From an uncultured Planctomycetaceae bacterium (lineage in GTDB: Bacteria; Planctomycetota; Planctomycetia; Pirellulales; Pirellulaceae): a DNA stretch of 64,000 nucleotides. Both the position numbers and the translations under genes were made by a program. Below the pieces are notes generated by a model. It ran no database searches. It saw nothing but the letters and a program-made list of their open reading frames with translations, and was not told the DNA's origin. Shown one piece after another: positions 61,103 to 64,000 of the stretch; within the stretch, counting starts at the first letter, position 1, and every line of letters begins with the position of its first letter. Location of the stretch: NCBI GenBank assembly GCA_963754725.1, contig CAVWHV010000045.1, forward strand, positions 26,117 through 90,116. The letters are read 5' to 3'.

Positions 61103-64000
61103 ATGATCCGCAGATCCGTCATGCCACTTCCCGTACCAGCCTGCGCGTTGACCGAAGCGGAACGTCAGCAGGTGCTCGTGGATTGGAACCGGACGGCACG
61201 GGATTATCCGCGGGACCAGTGCATTCACCAATTGTTCGAAGAGCAGGTGGAACGCACGCCCGACGCGGTCGCTGTATCTGGCAGGCAAGTGGATCTGACG
61301 TTTCGCAAGTTGAACCAGAACGCGAACCGGGTGGCCCATCGTCTGCGACAACTCGGCATTGGCGGAAGGGACTGCCGGTCGCCACCTATTTGGCTCGTTC
61401 GCAGCGAATTCGTGGTCGGTCGTGCTGGGGATTCTGAAAGCAGGTGGAGCGTATGTGCCCCTGGATCAAGACTACCCAGTCGATCGCTTGCGGTTCATGC
61501 TAAAGGACAGCGGCGCCAAAGTCATACTCTCCGAACATCCACTGCCATCCGGCTTGGAGGAATCTGGCGTCAAAGTTCTCGATTCGCGTCAGGACACCGC
61601 TGTCGTCGAGTCCAATACTCGTTGAGAATCCGGGGATTTCGGGCAGTTCGCACAATCTGGCATACATTATGTACACGTCGGGGTCGACTGGGCGTCCCAA
61701 GGGGGTCGCCATCCCACATCGGGCGGTCGTACGACTCGTGCGCGGGGGCAACAGTACGCGGAGTTCGACTCTCTTCAACGCTTCCTTGTTGATGGCACCG
61801 ACATCTTTCGACGCCTCGACGTTTGAACTTTGGGCACCACTGCTGAACGGTGGCAGCTGTGTGGTTTTCCCCCACAAATTGCCAGACTTAGCGATGCTGG
61901 AGCAGTTCATCTGCGATCAACAAATCACTTGCCTCTGGTTAACTGCGGGACTATTCAACAAGATTGTGGACGATCGGCCAACCGTTCTGACGTCGGTTCG
62001 ACACGTTTTGACGGAGGCGACGCGCTGTCGGTCACTCACGTACGGAGGTTCCGGGAGTGGTTTCCTGCGCTGCGCCTCACGAACGGCTACGGCCCCACGG
62101 AGGGTACGACATTCACATGCACACACGAGATTAGCAACGAAACGCGATTTCCGTCCGGCTCCGTACCGATTGGCCGCCCCCTTGCGAACACAACTTGTTA
62201 CGTACTTGACGGACAGGGTAACCCTACACCAGCTGGCGTGTCGGGGGAACTCTATATCGGTGGTGACGGCTTGGCACTGGGCTATTGGAATCGTCCGGAA
62301 CTCACGGCGGAGAAGTTTGTACCCAATCCGTACAGCGACGAACCCGACTCACGCCTGTACAGGACGGGCGACTTCGCACGCCATTTGGCTGATGGAACGC
62401 TCGAATTCCTGGGGCGACAGGACCAGCAGGTCAAGATCCGCGGCTTTCGCATCGAGCTCGGCGAAATCGAATCCGCTTTGGAAACCCACGCCGAGGTGCA
62501 GGCCGCCGCAGTCGTAACGCAGTCAGCGGGTGAAGGAGAGAAATGCCTCGTGGCTTTTCTGGTGTTGAGTCCCGGGGCAACCGTGTCCGGACCAACGTTG
62601 CGTGCCTGGCTAAGTCAGACGTTGCCCGAGTACATGCTGCCCACACGGTTTGCGGTCCTGGAAGCTCTGCCGCTGACGCCCAACGGCAAAGTGGACCGCC
62701 AGACGCTCGAACGCACCGAGGGCCAAGAACTGGCCGTCGGTACGGATTACGTGCCCGCGCGGACTGAATTAGAGTCGCAACTGGCCCATATCTGGCAAGA
62801 CGTTCTGCGTCGGGAGCGGGTCGGCATTCACGACAATTTCTTTCAGCTTGGCGGACACTCGCTGCAGATCATGTCGGTGATCGCTTGCCTCCGCAGCCAA
62901 CTCGACCGGGACGTGCCTCTGCGGTGGCTGTTCGAGTATCCGACGGTGGCCGCCTTGGCCTGCCAAATCGAGGCGTCGAACGCCGCACCCTGCGTCGTGG
63001 AACCCATACCCGCGCAGATCGGCAACAGCCGCTGCCCATGTCCTTCGGCCAGCAGCGGCTATGGGTTCTGCAACAGACGCTGCCCGAAGCGGCCACCTAT
63101 AACGTGCCGGCCGTCTATCAACTGCAGGGACCCGTGGATACGGCGCGACTGCAGATTTGTCTGAAGGTGATCCAGCAGCGGCACGAAGTCCTGCGGACCG
63201 CGCTGGTGCAGCAAGACGAAGCCCTGGTTCAACAAGTCGTGGCGGCCGAAGGCGTCGCATTGCCTTGGCAACAAGTTGACTGGCAGCAGCTCACTGCTTC
63301 AGAGTGGCAGCAGCGTCTGCAGGACGAGGTCCGTCGACCGTTCGATCTGGCCCAGGCGCCGTTGTGGCGGGCCGTGTGGGCCACCCTCGATACCGACGAC
63401 CACATCCTGGCCGTCACTTTCCATCACAGCGTGGTGGATGAATGGTCGCTGTGCGTGTTCTTCCAGGAACTCGCTCTACTTTACGCTGCCGGTGGGAATG
63501 TCGCGACCGCCGGACTGCCGGCACTGTCCCTCCAGTACGCCGACTATGCCGCCTGGCAACGCCAGCAACTGGGCAGCGAACGGCTCGCGCGGCAGGCGCA
63601 TACTGGACCGAGCAGCTCACGGCCCTGCCGCCCGCCTTGGAACTTCCCACCGATCGACCGCGGCCGGTCCGGCCCAGCGGGCAGGGGGGCGTGCACCGCT
63701 TCCAGATCCCCACGGACGTGGTAGCCCGCGTGCGACAACTGGCGCACGAGGAAGGGACCAGCCTGTTCACGTTGATGTTGGCCACGTACCAGGTCTGGCT
63801 GCATCGTTACACCGGACAGGACGACCTGATCGTGGGAACTCCGGTCTGCGCACCGGGACCGCACAGAACTGCAATCACTGCTGGGCTTCTTCCTGAACAC
63901 GCTGCCCATCCGCACGCAGCTGGATGCGGCGCAGAGTTTTCGCGACGTGCTCGCGCGTGTGCGGCAGACGGTGCTGGCAGGTCTGGAACACGGCGACCTG
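61103..64000 (+). pseudogene. Non-ribosomal peptide synthetase (A - T - C ...), runs off the window, at least eight frameshifts
   Basis: A-domain cores are LAYIMYTSGSTGRPKGV, NGYGPTEGTT, GELYIGGDGLALGY, YRTGD, GRQDQQVKIRGFRIELGEIE and LTPNGKVDR. The carrier domain is FFQLGGHSLQIM. The condensation domain has MSFGQQRLW and HHSVVDEWS. These are spread over ORFs 61013..61792, 61183..61437, 61359..61625, 61669..62517, 61830..63164 and 62885..63724, plus two unlisted frames to the edge. Confidence 0.8.

Overview
GC-rich (~60-65%) chromosomal segment that looks like Planctomycetota (Pirellulales-like). The evidence is gene content only: TAT-signal Gfo/Idh/MocA oxidoreductase, DUF1080, a DUF1559-type domain, Lpg1974-like outer-membrane proteins, FG-GAP/ASPIC-UnbV proteins, and VIRHSSF/MTNDE-type heptamer repeats. 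I found no rRNA, CRISPR array, transposase, integrase or prophage genes. RNA genes: one tRNA-Arg(ACG).

Gene content, left to right:
- a glycan-degradation island (GH106-like, GH36-like, BNR sialidase-like, GH78, and a beta-propeller hydrolase), plus an M28 peptidase and a URO-D-family protein
- kynB-kynU and tatA
- an orphan B12-type radical SAM enzyme
- a csp operon carrying an unlisted 36-aa Lys-rich ORF
- ogt
- two Cys-cluster beta-barrel outer-membrane proteins
- a response-regulator/HATPase plus DUF1080 pair
- a same-strand three-gene module: giant FG-GAP/ASPIC protein, then a membrane-anchored pentaheme cytochrome c-TPR fusion, then a CRTAC1-like protein
- a truncated NRPS (A-T-C) at the right edge

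Two things stand out.
1. Frameshifts are strongly clustered. About 20 kb (14.0-21.8, 38.9-41.1, 46.3-53.7 and 61.1-64 kb) carries roughly one frame switch every 300-400 bp, while neighbouring long genes are perfectly open. This means either unpolished assembly blocks or localised gene decay.
2. Intergenic regions are filled with structured repeats. These include a ~110-nt element family whose hairpin stem varies with compensatory changes, a 470-bp palindromic MITE-like composite next to the tRNA, and oriented heptamer arrays that put TGA in all three frames right at gene ends.

All family calls come from motif recognition by eye; no database search was possible. The ORF track omits edge-truncated ORFs and ORFs under 60 aa, and it uses alternative start codons.
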